NCBI RefSeq assembly: GCF_036321535.1
Contig: NC_087437.1
Span: 94,304,001 to 94,368,000 of the forward strand
Source of the DNA: Camelus dromedarius
Taxonomy: Eukaryota
Length of the DNA stretch: 64,000 bases
Direction of reading: 5' to 3'
This document shows, in pieces, positions 37,990-51,614 of this stretch. The stretch's first letter is position 1. Each line of letters starts with the position of its first letter. The notes beneath the pieces are model-generated. The model searched no databases. It had not been told where the DNA came from and saw only the letters and a program-made list of their open reading frames with translations. Both the position numbers and the translations under genes were made by a program.

Positions 37990-39135
37990 TGATTTGGTGT
38001 CAACTCCTCTTCTAACTAATGCTTGCTCTCTCTGATTCTTTTCAGCATCAAACTTCTTTAACAAGCTGTCTTACATCCCAGACTCCTTTTCTTTACGTCC
38101 CAGGAAGTTCTCAACCTACTCTAATCTGGCCTTTGCTCTTATTACGTCAGTGAAATGGTTCTTACTGAGGTCAAAATGGTTTCCTTGTCACTAAAGCCAA
38201 AGACACTTAATAGCTCTTATTTACTTGACCTTTTTGTAGAAGTTAATACTTTTGACATTGCCCTTCTTCCGAAAACACTCTCTTTGTCTTGTTTTCTATG
38301 ACACCACACTCTCGTGATGTTTTTCCTACAGTACACAAGCCAGATGTCTGGAACTCATCTTTGACATTGTCTTTACTGTCTGCCTCTCCCCAAAATAGTT
38401 GGTTAATAACATTTGCAGGTATTACTTCATTAAAGTCTTGGCAATATCTCTAATTCTCTCATCTTTATCACAAATCTAATTATTTTTAATCATCTCTAAC
38501 CTGGCCTTCAGCTCCAGTGCACTAGCTGATCTCTTTCTCTCTTTCATGTGAGTTTCTCCCTTTCACAATGCAGCTGACATGACCTTTTCCAACTAAAATT
38601 TAACCATGCTGTATACCAGCCACCCACAATCCATGCATGTAAAATCCTTTATTGGCTCCTCATGACCCTTAGAATAGTAACCACAACTACAGTAGGGTCT
38701 TTGAGGTGCTTCATAAACTCAATCCTTCAGATATCTTCAGTTTCCTCTCTCCTTATTCTTTCTATATTTGCTGGCTTCAACTGTGTAAGACTTAATTCAG
38801 TTTATCAAACCATCACTGCTCCTTCTGCTACTCTATTTTCTTTTTGCCTGGAATGTTCTTTTCCTTTTTGCTGAGTTAAATTCTTACTCATTCATTCCAA
38901 AATCAGCTCAAATTTCTTCTTAAATATCTTCCTTAATCCCTCATAGTTGGTAGATTTTTAGGACGTATCTTCTCTGAGTACTCTGAACATAATTTTTATA
39001 TTCTGTGCCATAGTTTCTGTGGCTAAAGTTGTCATAGCCCTTCCACTAGGATGTCATCTCCATAATGGCAAAGTAGGATCTGCATATCCTGTGCCGAGAA
39101 CCATGGCCTGAGTATACTGGATACTCAATAATATT
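37990..39135 (+). mobile_element. L2 fragments
   Basis: Pyrimidine-rich L2 motifs (ttacttgacct, ctggaactcatctttgac, tgcctggaatgttctt) ending tactcaataatattgaat. Confidence 0.7.
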
Positions 39136-42100
39136 GAATATTAATATTTCTTGACTCTGTATAAACATGTAAATGAACTTCTGATCAAGGGAGTGCCTAC
39201 AGCACAGCTGCAGTATCAAGAAAACAAAGCCTCAGAGTGACTTGCAGCTGGGGTTGTTGCAGGCACTGTAGAAATGATCAAATTGTTGAGATAGTTTCAA
39301 GTATACCCAGGGGGTAATGATAATAAAGTTCTTGGCATCTGGTTTATTAAAGATCAACCTGGTCCTTCTAATCTAGTGGGAAAACTACTAGAGAAAAAGA
39401 TTTTCCAAGTGTCAGCTAAAGACAAATTGCAAAGCTCTACGGATTGCTGGATGAAATGCTGCGTTTATGCTAAACAGATGATGGTGCATGAGGAGGTATA
39501 CCCAGTTATTCCAGAGGCCAGGGCACAGTTATTCTTCAAAAAGCGATTGCCTAGCCTGGAAGATATACCACGCTTAAAACTCTGTCATCAGCTCAAAACT
39601 CTAAAGATTTGTCAAAATGCATAGGTTAAGCAAATAGGAATAGGTGAGGAACACTCTTATTCAATGGCAACAATTTTTCATTAAATCTATAATACATACC
39701 AATTACACAATGTTCTGTATATGGAAGTATGGAAAATTCAAACATCCACAGAATAGTGTTACTGCCCTTAAAGGACTTATAAACTGCAGAATTCCCAGAC
39801 TCAGACCTACCAAACCGAACTGTTCTCCACTGGTCCTAGATGTATAAACTTAGCAAAATATTTGTGCACATATTTATAAAGTATATTATCATGATATATA
39901 CTTAAATGATATATTATTTGCATGTAAATAGTATATTTATATAATATGTATTACCTATACATATGTATAAATTTATATATACTTATACATATCATTATAT
40001 AATTTAAATTATATATAGTTTTATATATACACATATATACTTATTTTCCCAAATGTACTTACACCCATATTTAACTAAATCCAACCAAGATCATGCCATC
40101 AAGGCTTAAGAAACAGAAGGTATCTAAATATTTAATAAAGTAAAAGTCTCTTAAATTGATACCCACATATGTATCTAGTCAGTTAATTTTATTTAATTCT
40201 CACAATAGCCCTGGGAGATGTATTTCACAAGGGAAGAATCTGAAGCACAGAGAGGTCATGTAACTTGTCCAGTTACTGACAAACCCAGAACTACTTTATT
40301 TTAATTTCTATGCTTTTTTCCACCATAATAATACAGTGTTTCTATGTCTCTGATGTATATTCAAATATTTTATAGTGGGTCATATATATTAGTATCAGGA
40401 GGGGAATACAGTGCAATATAATTTTGGTGAATTTTAAGGTGTTTTCAGATTACAAATTGGCTGTTAAATTGGTGAGGGAGTGTGTGTATATACATGTATA
40501 TGAAAAAAATAATTGGAAATAGGAAAAAAGAAATTTCCTATTACATTAACTCCAGTCTCCTTCATTTTACAGAAGAGAAAAATAAATTAAATAGTTGCTC
40601 CAAATTATGCACTTTCTTTGTGTACCTAGTTTAGCCTACTACTTTCATAGTATGGATGAAATTTTTTTATGAGTCTCCAGATAAAGCTCCTGAAAGCTAA
40701 TTCTCTATAGTAAGTGTCAATTCTAAAAGTCAATGACATTCTATAGAAGGAACAGAAAAGTAGAAAAAGGCCATCATTAATTGATTCACTTTTCTCTGGT
40801 TGACCAATTAACAAATATCAAAAGGAAATAATCAGATTAAGAAAGAGAAGTGTATTTAATTGAACTCTTGTTGTCCAGATACAAAAACACTTTGAGGACT
40901 ATCTTGTAAAACCCAGGAATAGAGATCCTGTGGAATATTAAAATGAACTGTAAGACCTTAAAACTCTGTTCTTTTTCTCATGCATAACTGCTCCTTGATA
41001 AAAATAAACAAGAAAATGAGAGGATGAAAATAGTGACTCAATTTCCTTGTTAAAGATCTTGTTGCTTCTTTCTGTCCTCTCTCTCTCTCTCCCCTTTCTT
41101 CCAAAATTCCCTTCCCACCAAGAGGGTCCTAATTCTATTGATTATATTATTTATTTATTTTCAAGTATGCAGTCCTTTTCCTTGACACTGATTAGGAAGA
41201 ATGGGTATTCTTTTGTGAGGAATAGCTACCAAAAGGCCAGAAAAGAAAAAAAAAAAAAAAGAAGAAGACTCAGGAAAAAAATCTAAGAAATGTAGGAAAT
41301 GTGTATTACAAAGAAGTTAGTGGGGCATCTAATGTAGGCATGTTCTTTTACAATAGAAAATAGATCATACATAAGGTTGTGCAAGATTGTTTTCCACATA
41401 GTGAGAGAGAGAGAGGAAGCAACTAAGCTCAGTATCATTAGAAGACTAGCAAACTGCACAAAAGTAGACCAGCTCACAGCTACAGAGCTACAGAACATGC
41501 TCTGGTCAACAAACATATTGACAGAATTATGTATCTATAGACGCCTGGATATTTGTGACAGGTATGCCAAGCAGTGTCTTGATTCTTGATTACAAAAATA
41601 TTCCCATATTCTTGCTTGCTACTGCCCTATTGTATTTTCTTGCTTGTGGGTTTATTTCACTTTTCTATTTTCATAATAACTTGATCTGTGAAAACTTAAT
41701 AAATAATGGGAAATGGAGAATTTGTCCATTTTGAAGCTAGAATACACAGCAGTAAAAGAGCAGCCCTTAGCAGCAGGCAAAGTGGAGGGTATGATTATCC
41801 CATTCGGAAAAGTGATGAAATAATGACCCAGCTAGGTTCAAAGGGAAGCTAAAACCTTGAGAGAGGATGCTTAGGAGAGAGGAGCAGTTACAGATTTTAT
41901 CCCACTCATGGTGTCACTGTATACAGGACGCCACCTCATACCACATCCCCAGTGCACATAACCAAACATACCCTGAAACTGAAATGAATCTGTTTAGTTA
42001 AGGTTCTAATCTGTATTTGTAAACTTCCAGAGATTAGCATTGACAATATTTATATCCTCTAATTTCCTCCAAAACACTAAAGAATAGAGAAATAAGCAGT

Positions 42101-45100
42101 CATATTAAGATTAGCAAATATATTTATCATTCTATCACGTGTGCTAACATCAGTTTGGTCCCCAAACAAGGACCACCAACATATGTAAGACTTCAATCTA
42201 AAAATTAGACCAAGGAGAGAGTAAAAATCAGTGTCACCCAAAAGGGAATTGGAAAAATAAAACAGAGTAAAATACATTCCTGACAAACTTAAAAGCAAGA
42301 AAAAACAGAGTAGCAAAATGCTCTATGCCCAAAGACCCAATATGCCAGATTTATCATTATCAGTACATTTCTGCACTGTCTTCAAGCAGCTAGAGAAATC
42401 GTATCCTTTACCAGATAATATACTTCCTGTTTACACTCACACAGTCTTATTATTGATTGTGACAAAATATTGGTTCGTCTCTTTAGAGCCAGGAGAGTGT
42501 CCTTCACTTCTTTCTTATTCCCTAGAACACCGGGTACATAGCCTGTGTTTAATAAATCCTTTCTGATTGATAGGTGTAGATGACTCTATCGGCATGGACC
42601 TGTAGATTATAAGGCAGACTGCATAGACGTGTGAGAATACTGTCAGGGGAGGTTGAAAAATCAATAGGAAAACTGGCACTTCCATTAGGAATTAAACAAA
42701 CAAAAATCACTGCTAAGCACTTTCAGAATTGAGGTCCAGAGCTCTAGCATCCTGGGAAATTATTTTCGGTTTGTTTACCAAAGATATTATATTATTGAGG
42801 GTGCTGTCAGGATGTGATTGCCTTAGTTTTTGTTCTGTTTTGTTTTTGTTTTTCTCCTTCAAAGAGACTGGATAAGACATGTACTCTACCTCAGGATAAC
42901 TGAAAGGGAAAAAAAACCACACACACACACAGAGGAGAAGTTTCTTAATGTCTCTTTCATAATTAGGGAGAAACTTTGAAGTGTCTTTGGCTTCAGTTAA
43001 GACCTGTGGCTCTTGAATTTTCTGTGCACAGCTGGAAGTAAGAAAGAAGACAAGGGGCAAAGAGTGTGTGTTCTTACTGAGTTGACCTTGGCACCCGCTG
43101 CTTTCAAGTGCGCTGGCTTTTGCTCTCTTAAAGCATTCAAGAATATTTTAAGGTCTAATGGCTAGGAGACTTATGTTAACGGCTGGTTTCCACGTTACTC
43201 TCCAGGTCTCCTTTAACCGTCATAAGCACTCAGAGTTGTAGCTCTCCTGCACTACTTTTATTTGCTGTATTTATCGGTCCACGAGACTTGGTCCCTACTT
43301 GAACACCCCACATTCTCCTCAGTGATTATAGCATAGCCCTTAACACAACCCATGGTCTACTAGAGTTAGGGTTTGTCAACAGTCTGTTGATACTGAACGA
43401 TCTTTCAGAAAATGGTGGCCCCTTCACCTGATTCCAGAGATAGAAACCCTGTCCTCAGCTAATTAAAAACCCAGATGTTGGCTAGTTTTATTACTCTCCT
43501 CTAACAGCAGGGAGTGCTTCCGTATTTGGGTCTCTTGGCAGCCATAAACACTGGTCCACATCCCAGATCACATCCCAGCTGCCTTCTCTCCACCTGCTTC
43601 ATGCTGCTGAGGACTGGAATTAACATATTTGAACCGTCATCTTTTTCCTCCCAAGTTATTGCCATCAGTTGTATTTTTTCCCAATGAAATGAGTCTTTGA
43701 AGTAATCATTTTAATAATTTGTATTGTGTTTTTATTCAAATCTTCCAGTTGCCTAAATATTTAACACTAGAGAATTAAAAAAGAAACATTTTTTCATATA
43801 TAGCCTATTAATAATCTTTTCCAAAGATACATATTTTTCAATCTAATCCTATCCTTATTCTTAATCCAAATCTTGACCCTACTATGGGGATAGTAGAATG
43901 ACTAGCAGTCTCTTTTTCTTGGATAACTGAAAAACTGCATTGTAAGTCAACTAATGTTAAGTGCCTTCTCTGTCTTGTACATTGGAGATACACAATGTGT
44001 AACAGAAAAAACTTTTCGCCTTATAGAACATGGTAATTTACAAAGGTCTGTGAAATTATGGGAAAAAAAACTTTAAAACCCTGCATTTTAATTTTTAATC
44101 ATCTTTTAAACAATGCTTCCTACTTCCTAAGTAGTACCAGAACTCTATTACAATTTTGCCGTCCTCTTACTTTGTAGCTTTATGATCAAAAGTTTACAAG
44201 CAGTGTAAAATAAATGCAATTTTCTAATTAAAAAGATAATCAGATTTTTATTGTTGAAGAATGCTTGAAACCAAATAAAATAATTTTTATTAATTTATTT
44301 TAGAAATTTTCAATGGGGGTAGCAAAACAATAATGGAAATACTAATGCATAAAATATTTGCTATTATTTTGCTCTGTTTTGGCACACAACTTGTCACAAG
44401 TACTGCAAACAGGAGGAGTCCTCAAAGTGGTGGATTCATAAATGATTGAATAGCTAAATGACCAAAATAATAGAGCCAGTAAGAGTTACAGATCTGATGT
44501 GTTAAATCAAATACACAACTCCTGGATAATAAAGAGCTAAGTGTAATTAAGAGGAAGTTTAGATATATGTAAAATTTACATAATAATTATATTAGGAAAT
44601 GTAATTTCCAAATTATATGTCTATATCAAGGTCATGGTCTATTTAATTACTGCAACTTTTGTTTTAAGTGCTAGATCAATAAATAAAAGTGTGTGAAACT
44701 GGAAAATTGTACTACCAGGAGTATGATTAAATATAAACCTGTAAAATAATGTAATTGGAAAATAATAACTATTTCTTTCATTTAACTAAGATGATTCACT
44801 AGAGCCTGAATCAGTTACACATAGTCAGAGATGAAAGTTAAATTTATGAATTCACAAGATGTAGCACCAGTATTCTCCTTTGCCGCATCTCATTCAGCTG
44901 GTAGAGGACTGGCAGAAATTCACATTGAATCCTACTTGGAGCTCTAGTAATAGTCCAGTAGGTACAGTGACCAGGTCACCTTCCCAAAAAAAGTTTGCTG
45001 AAAATTGAAGTAAAATTTGACTCAAAGCCAAAGACATGTGTTTCCTTTGGAATTTCTTGTTATGTTATTCTTCAAAATCTACTACATCTTACATCCTTCC

Positions 45101-45182
45101 CTGTGGCATTTTCCTCAAGTTAAAGTATTGGAATTTCAGTGAATTGAGTAGTTTTTGCATTGTTATCATTAGTACCTTGATC

Positions 45183-45184
<2 letters not shown>

Positions 45185-45240
<56 letters not shown>
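45185..45240. repeat. (GT)28 microsatellite
   Basis: Perfect GT run. Confidence 0.97.
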
Positions 45241-45242
<2 letters not shown>

Positions 45243-45861
45243 CATGAGAAAAGTAAGCAAAATGCTCCATTCCTCCGAATTCTAGGTGGATATGTCCATC
45301 AAAACTTTTGCTATTCTTGCACAAGTCCTATAATACCCCCCGAATACATCCATCCTCATGGCAGGCTCTCTTTTGCCCCACTTTCACCCTCTTGACCTTT
45401 TCTTTTTAGTTTCCACATTCTCTGAAACGTCAACACTTCATTTCCCTCTGAGTTTTGAATTCATTCAGAATCCTCCAGTGTTCAAAGACTTTCCTAAGCT
45501 AACTGCCCTCCTCTTTACGTACCATGAATCATCTTGGGTTGCCCTAGAGGTGTATAGTATTGCCTTATCTACATATTAAGTTGTAAGTTTAAGGTCATTA
45601 TGCATAAGGCTTAAATTAACACAATAAATCAAATTGCCTGAAGCATGCTTCTTAACATATATGTATTTGTTTTGAAATCAAATAGATTGTAATTAACTGT
45701 ACAAAAAGGGAAAGAAGTCATATATTTATTAAAAATGTATAATTAATTGGGGGATTTTAAAATCTGATTGCATTCCAATTGTAGTGAGTGTTTTTTTTCT
45801 TTGCACATTTTCAATTTTATCTAGAGTAATGAGTTAAGAATTAGTACCACCATATTTTCTT

Positions 45862-47247
45862 TTTTTTCCTTAATATAAACTTTTTTATTGAGTTATAGTC
45901 ATTTTACAATGTTGTGTCAAATTCCACTATAGAGCACAATTTTTCAGTTATACATGAACATACATACATTCATTGTCACATTCTCTTTCGCTGTGATCCA
46001 CCACAAGATCCTGTATATATTTCCCTGTGCTACACAGTACAATCTTGTTTATGTATTCTACATTTTGAAATCCCAGTCCCTTCCCACCCCCACATCCCCC
46101 TGGCAACCACAAGTTTGTATTCTATGTCTATGAGTCTATTTCTGTTTTATATTTTTGTTTTTTGGTTTTGTTTTTTTTTAGATTCTGCATATGAGCAACC
46201 TCATATGGTATTTTTCTTTCTCCTTCTGGCTTACTTCACTTAGAATGACATTCTCCAGTAACATCCATGTTGCTGCAAATGGCATTATGTTGTCAGTTTT
46301 TATGGCTGAGTAGTATTCCATTGTATAAATATACCACCTCTTCTTAATCCAGTCATCTATTAATGGACATTTAGGTTGTTTCCATGTCTTGGCTATTGTA
46401 AATAGTGCTGCTATGAACATTGGGGTGCAGGTGTCTTTTTGAAGTAGGGTCCCTTCTGGATATATGCCCAGGAGCGGGATTCCTGGGTCATATGGTAAGT
46501 CTATTCCTAGTCTTTTGAGGAATCTCCATACTGTCTTCCACAGTGGCTGCACCAGACTGCATTCCCACCAGCAGTGTAGGAGGGTTCCCTTTTCTCCACA
46601 GCCTCTCCAGCATTTGTCATTTGTGGACTTTTGAATGATGGCCATTCTGACTGGTGTGAGGTGATACCTCATCGTAGTTTTGATTTGCATTTCTCTGATA
46701 ATTAGTGATATTGAGCATTTTTTCATGTGTCTATTGATCATTTGTGTGTCTTCCTTGGAGAATTGCTTGTTTAGGTCTTCTGCCCATTTTTGGATTGGGT
46801 TGTTTGTTTTTTTCTCATTAAATCGTGAACTAATCTTTGACAAAGGAGGCAAGAATATACAATGGAATAAAGACAGTCTCTTCAGCAAATGGTGCTGGGA
46901 AAACTAGACAGCAGCATGTAAATCAATGAAGCTAGAACACTCCCTTACACCATACACAAAAATAAATTCAAAATGGATCAAAGACTTAAACATAAGACAA
47001 GATACAATAAACCTCCTAGAAGAAAATATAGGCAAAACATTATCTGACATTCATCTCAAAAATGTTCTCCTAGAACAGTCTACCCAAGCAATAGAAATAA
47101 AAGCAAGAATAAACAAATGGGACCTAATGAAAATTACAAGCTTCTGCACAGCAAAGGAAACCATAAGTAAAACAAAAAGACAACCTATGGAATGGGAGAA
47201 AATTTTTGCAAATGAAACTGACAAAGGCTTGATCTCCAGAATATATA
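45862..47247 (-). mobile_element. Young lineage-specific L1, 5'-truncated with 5' inversion
   Basis: Poly-T at ~45860; minus-strand ORF2 C-terminus ([29 protein letters not shown]); plus-strand upstream ORF2 segment ~46828-47250 ([22 protein letters not shown]); TSD 45843-45861 / 47248-47266 (18/19). Confidence 0.95.
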
Positions 47248-48358
47248 AGTACCGCCATATTTTCTTGACATCAAAATTTTCTTTTGTCTTCTAGATCCTA
47301 TCCATCATTTTAAAAAACACACTTACTGTGACCTTTATCTTGGCCCATTTCCCAGACTCACGTTATCCTCTCTACATTGCTGCAGTTAATTACTTATGTT
47401 TTTTATTTGATGGTTATCTTTGCCAGCCTCGTTACTTATTGCTAATTCTGAAATGCTGTGATATAAAGCACACATGTCACTTTTCCCAAGGTCACTGTAA
47501 GTATTGGATCTTTTTGGTCAAGTATTCTAACTGGTAAATATTAGTGACTTTATAAATAAACAATGCTTCATGCTGTTGAGAATTAATTTGAATGAAGTTT
47601 TGTCATTCAAGTTATTCTGCCTCTTTGAGTATGTCATTACTCTGTATAACTATAAGAATTTCAACTCTTTTGAAACATACCAAACCAGAAACAAAATAAA
47701 ATAATGCTTGCCCTAAGAATCATAGTGATTTTTCTAATACTTTTGCTGTTTACATTAGTGTTTACTGCATATGTTCTCCCTTCTCCTTAATTAACAGGAA
47801 ACAATAATTTTATTTCTTTATCACGGTTACAGTATTATATTTTACACTCTCTTGGTTTTCTTCAACTTTCCATTTCAGTCTCTAAAGATCCAGTAGCCTG
47901 ATTATGAAGCTTTCCCCTGGGATAAGCTGATTAAGATTTGTCTCAAGTTTATATACACACTCTCAAATAATGATAGCTAGTTACATGTAAAATACTATTC
48001 TGGCTGATCCATAATCAAGATTGAATGTCCTGGGGGACAAGAGGGATCCCTGTGCCTATCCCATCCCCACCCACATTTTCCTGTTGTTACATTATGTCTC
48101 TATTTACAAGATAGATGTGTGTGTGTATACTTATGTACGTACATCTTATGTATATAAGTACCAGTAGGTGAAAAGATGGTTCATAAGCTCATGGGAAGAG
48201 ACAATGAGAGCGATGAGGACAATCAAAGAAAAAGCCTGGCATCTAAGTTCTGCCAGATTCAGTGCTCTACTTTCAAGTACTGACAGCAAAGAGTTGTTTC
48301 TATGAGAGATTTTGTGAGATTGAAAGCAGGAACGATACTGCTTTAAGCCTCAGGTAAC

Positions 48359-48740
48359 TGATACGGACTGAATGTTTGTGTCCTTCCAAATCTCATATGT
48401 TGACACCCCAACACACTATGTAATTACATTTGGGGTTAGGGCCATTATGGAGGTAATTACGGTTAATGAAGTCATAAGGGCAGGGCCCTAATCTGATAAG
48501 ATTAGTGTTCTTACAAGAAGGGACACCAGAAACCTTGCTCACTCTCTTTCCACCATATGAGAACACAGGAAGAAGGTGGCCTGTCTTCTGTAAACTGAAA
48601 AGAGCTCTCTCACGAAGAACCTAGTCAGCAGGTACCTTGATCTTAGACCTCCCAGCGCCAGAAGTGTGAGAAATAAATTTCTGTTGTTTAAGCCATGCAG
48701 TGTACAGTATTTTTGTATAGCACCCAGAGCACAGAGAATT
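48359..48740 (+). mobile_element. MaLR solo LTR (MLT1A-like)
   Basis: tgatacggactgaatgtttgtgtcc..gtgagaaataaatttctgttgtttaagcca..ttgtatagca. Confidence 0.9.
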
Positions 48741-48903
48741 GAAAGGGTAAAGTGACATCTGACACTCAGGGTTAAACCACATTGGAGCCACAGAAGAGAA
48801 CAGCTCAGGCAGAGAAGCAAAGTTCTTTCATCTAGGACTCTGCCAGCAAAGGGGTGGCAAGCCTCACCCTCCCCATTATCTTGTAGGCGCAAAAGCTGAT
48901 GAG

Positions 48904-48975
48904 CACATCAAGGCAGGAGAAGGTGTTCACACCAAGGCAGGAGAAGGTGTTCACACCAAGGCAGGAGAAGGTGTT
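48904..48975. repeat. 24-bp x3 minisatellite
   Basis: Unit CACACCAAGGCAGGAGAAGGTGTT at 48904 (1 mismatch), 48928 and 48952. Confidence 0.95.
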
Positions 48976-49456
48976 AATAACTCGTTCCTGAGTACAGTGG
49001 ACACACCTCCCTCCTCAAAGGCTGCTAAGAGAGGTGAGGACAGAGACCCTAAAACTACGAGGTATGAGCTGAGAAGTTTCCAATATGTGGGGATTCATTC
49101 ACGTATACTCACATTACTTTTACTAATGTCTGAAATAAGTTTAAGTCTTCAGTATTTTTAATTTGTTCCTTGAAAATGTATAGATGATGACATTTGTAGC
49201 ATCTTTTCAAGTTATTATGTAAAAAACTCAAGTACACACACACTTTTTAACTATTTGGACTTTAAAGTTACAGAGAGAATCCGATCAATCTACTTGTAAA
49301 CCAAGGTCTACTCTACTTCTAAGATTCAACAGCTAATACTCTGGAGAAACTGCAATAAAATTTTAAAAGATATGCATTTTAAATTGAGCATTAATAATTT
49401 TAAGATAATTTATTTTAAACAATGTTTATTATAATGCATATGTAGGACATTCTAAG

Positions 49457-49489
<33 letters not shown>

Positions 49490-49503
49490 ATATATATATA
49501 CAC

Positions 49504-49618
49504 ACCTAAGCACTTAAATGTAAACTATACATTATATATTTATATATATAATATACTTGTTATATATAGGAAATGAATATTATATATTATATATATTTTT
49601 ACATTTAAGTGCTTAGGT
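49504..49618. repeat. Perfect 21-bp inverted repeat with 73-bp AT-rich spacer
   Basis: ACCTAAGCACTTAAATGTAAA (49504-49524) and TTTACATTTAAGTGCTTAGGT (49598-49618). Confidence 0.95.
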
Positions 49619-51614
49619 AATTTTTTTAAAGGTTACAGATTTTTTTCTTTCTTGTTTTCTTTTCACCTTAACTTTCCCTTTTCTTCAACTTATTTAAACT
49701 TTTTAAACCATCATCTCTTAGGTATATTTCCATATTTTCCTCCAAGCCTATATAATTTTACACAAATATGTGACATGCATTTATTAGCCTTATATACAAA
49801 CCATGTATATATCTATGTGGATATTATATAAATAGATAAGATTTTATATATAAAAATCTTGACATTCTTCCCTTTAAAATACAATCATACTTGTATGAAT
49901 TCCATAGTAACTAGCGTTTTTCTACTTGACAATGTCTTACAGATATGTCTTTTTGTTAAATGAAGGTTTCAAAATGATTATTTTTAATAGCTGCATAATA
50001 TGCCAGTTTGCAACTATATCAAAAATTTTGCAATTGCTCACAAGCTTTGTACTTTCCAATTTTTGCACTTTTTGGCTAGTAAAAATAATTCTGCAGTAAA
50101 CATCCTTGCATCTATAATCTTTCCCATAGACGCTTACTTTTTAAGAGTGATAGACTTCCTGAAAATGGGTTTGCTTTGTTGAAGAATATTTATCACCTTA
50201 ATTTAATTTATGAAATTAACAATTTAATTTATGGATAATGAAAAACTGTCTTCCATAGACTATTACCATTAGCAGCAGTGGTATGTGAGAATACTGTTTT
50301 CCCTGGTAGAAATATGGTCTATTGGATCTTCTTTTGTTTTTCAAAAAAAAAAGATATTACATGATTTATAATGATGTTAGTCATAGCTTTACACATATTT
50401 ATCAAGTGTTTTGATTTAATTTTCTGTGAAAATCTTCATAAATATTGACCTTTTCTCTATTAGATCATTTCTCATCAATTTATGAACTCATTGCTCATTA
50501 AAAGTATTAACTTCCTCTGACAACGTTTATGTAGATTATTTAAACTAAATATATATATATATACACATATATATTACATTTTATGAAACTATATTGGTAA
50601 CACAGAACCTGAGATATTTTAACATAATTGAATGAAAATATTTAGCACATTTTCTGATAGCTACAATCAGTCTAAATAGACCTTAGTGTGGGTAAGATTT
50701 AAGAAAATCATATAATGTGTTTACTTTTGGCCTTACGATAAATGTACCAAATCACTGGATAAACTGAGCTACCACTAACCGTTAATGCACGACTTCCTCC
50801 CCATACCAGTTTTACTCTCTAGAGGGGAAAAAACAAGCAGAATTTTCCATTTCAGGTGATATGTCAATTTAATGTTTCTGAAACTCTCTATTATCAAACC
50901 TCTAAAAATGTTGGATAAAGACTTTAAAGAAATCATTTAAAGTGTACTGCTGAGCTGGCAGGAAAGAGTGGGAATTCTGAGACCAAATACGGTAAGTAGG
51001 CCTAAGTCCGGAGAGCTGAGTGCTCAAGCAATCAACTGTCAATTCCCTGTCACCTCAGTTTTAGGAATGAATGGACCACTTTTGGAGAAAAGAACAAAGG
51101 CTGAGTGTCATAAAAGTTGCAAACTTCTATCAGAGACCTGAATAAAACCCATAATTGCAAATTTGACATGAACAGTTTAAAATAGGAAAAAAAAAATCTG
51201 CTCTGCCAAAGGAGAAGAAATCTTGCTTAACTAGGTCTTAGCTCTGGATGATAGGGAAAAAAAGTCACCAGTGAGAATTTCCACCCAAAAGATGATAGCC
51301 ACATAGAGAAGTAAAACACTGTATTTGGAGTCAGGTTATTTAATATTAAATCATATAATTATTTGTGTCGTCTTAAGCTTGGGTTAAAAAATCCACGTAC
51401 TTGAGGTCACTCATCTCACATTAAAAAAAAAAACACCATTTTTCTCACGAAATAATTTCAAGTTACTAACAAAATATTACAAATAAAAGCCTTAGATCTA
51501 TAACAAACTATTTGCATATAAAATTATATATGTACCCATCCATGCATCTTGATTTCCAGTCACCAAGCATTTCTACGTGTAACCTTTGGTGGTTATGCCT
51601 GTAATTCTTGTACC

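Noticed and set aside
46178..46888. 236-aa ORF as a host gene
   Set aside because: L1 ORF2 C-terminus fused to antisense L1 sequence at the inversion junction.
48904..48975. CRISPR-like repeats
   Set aside because: Units are head-to-tail with no spacers, the context is mammalian and there are no cas genes.
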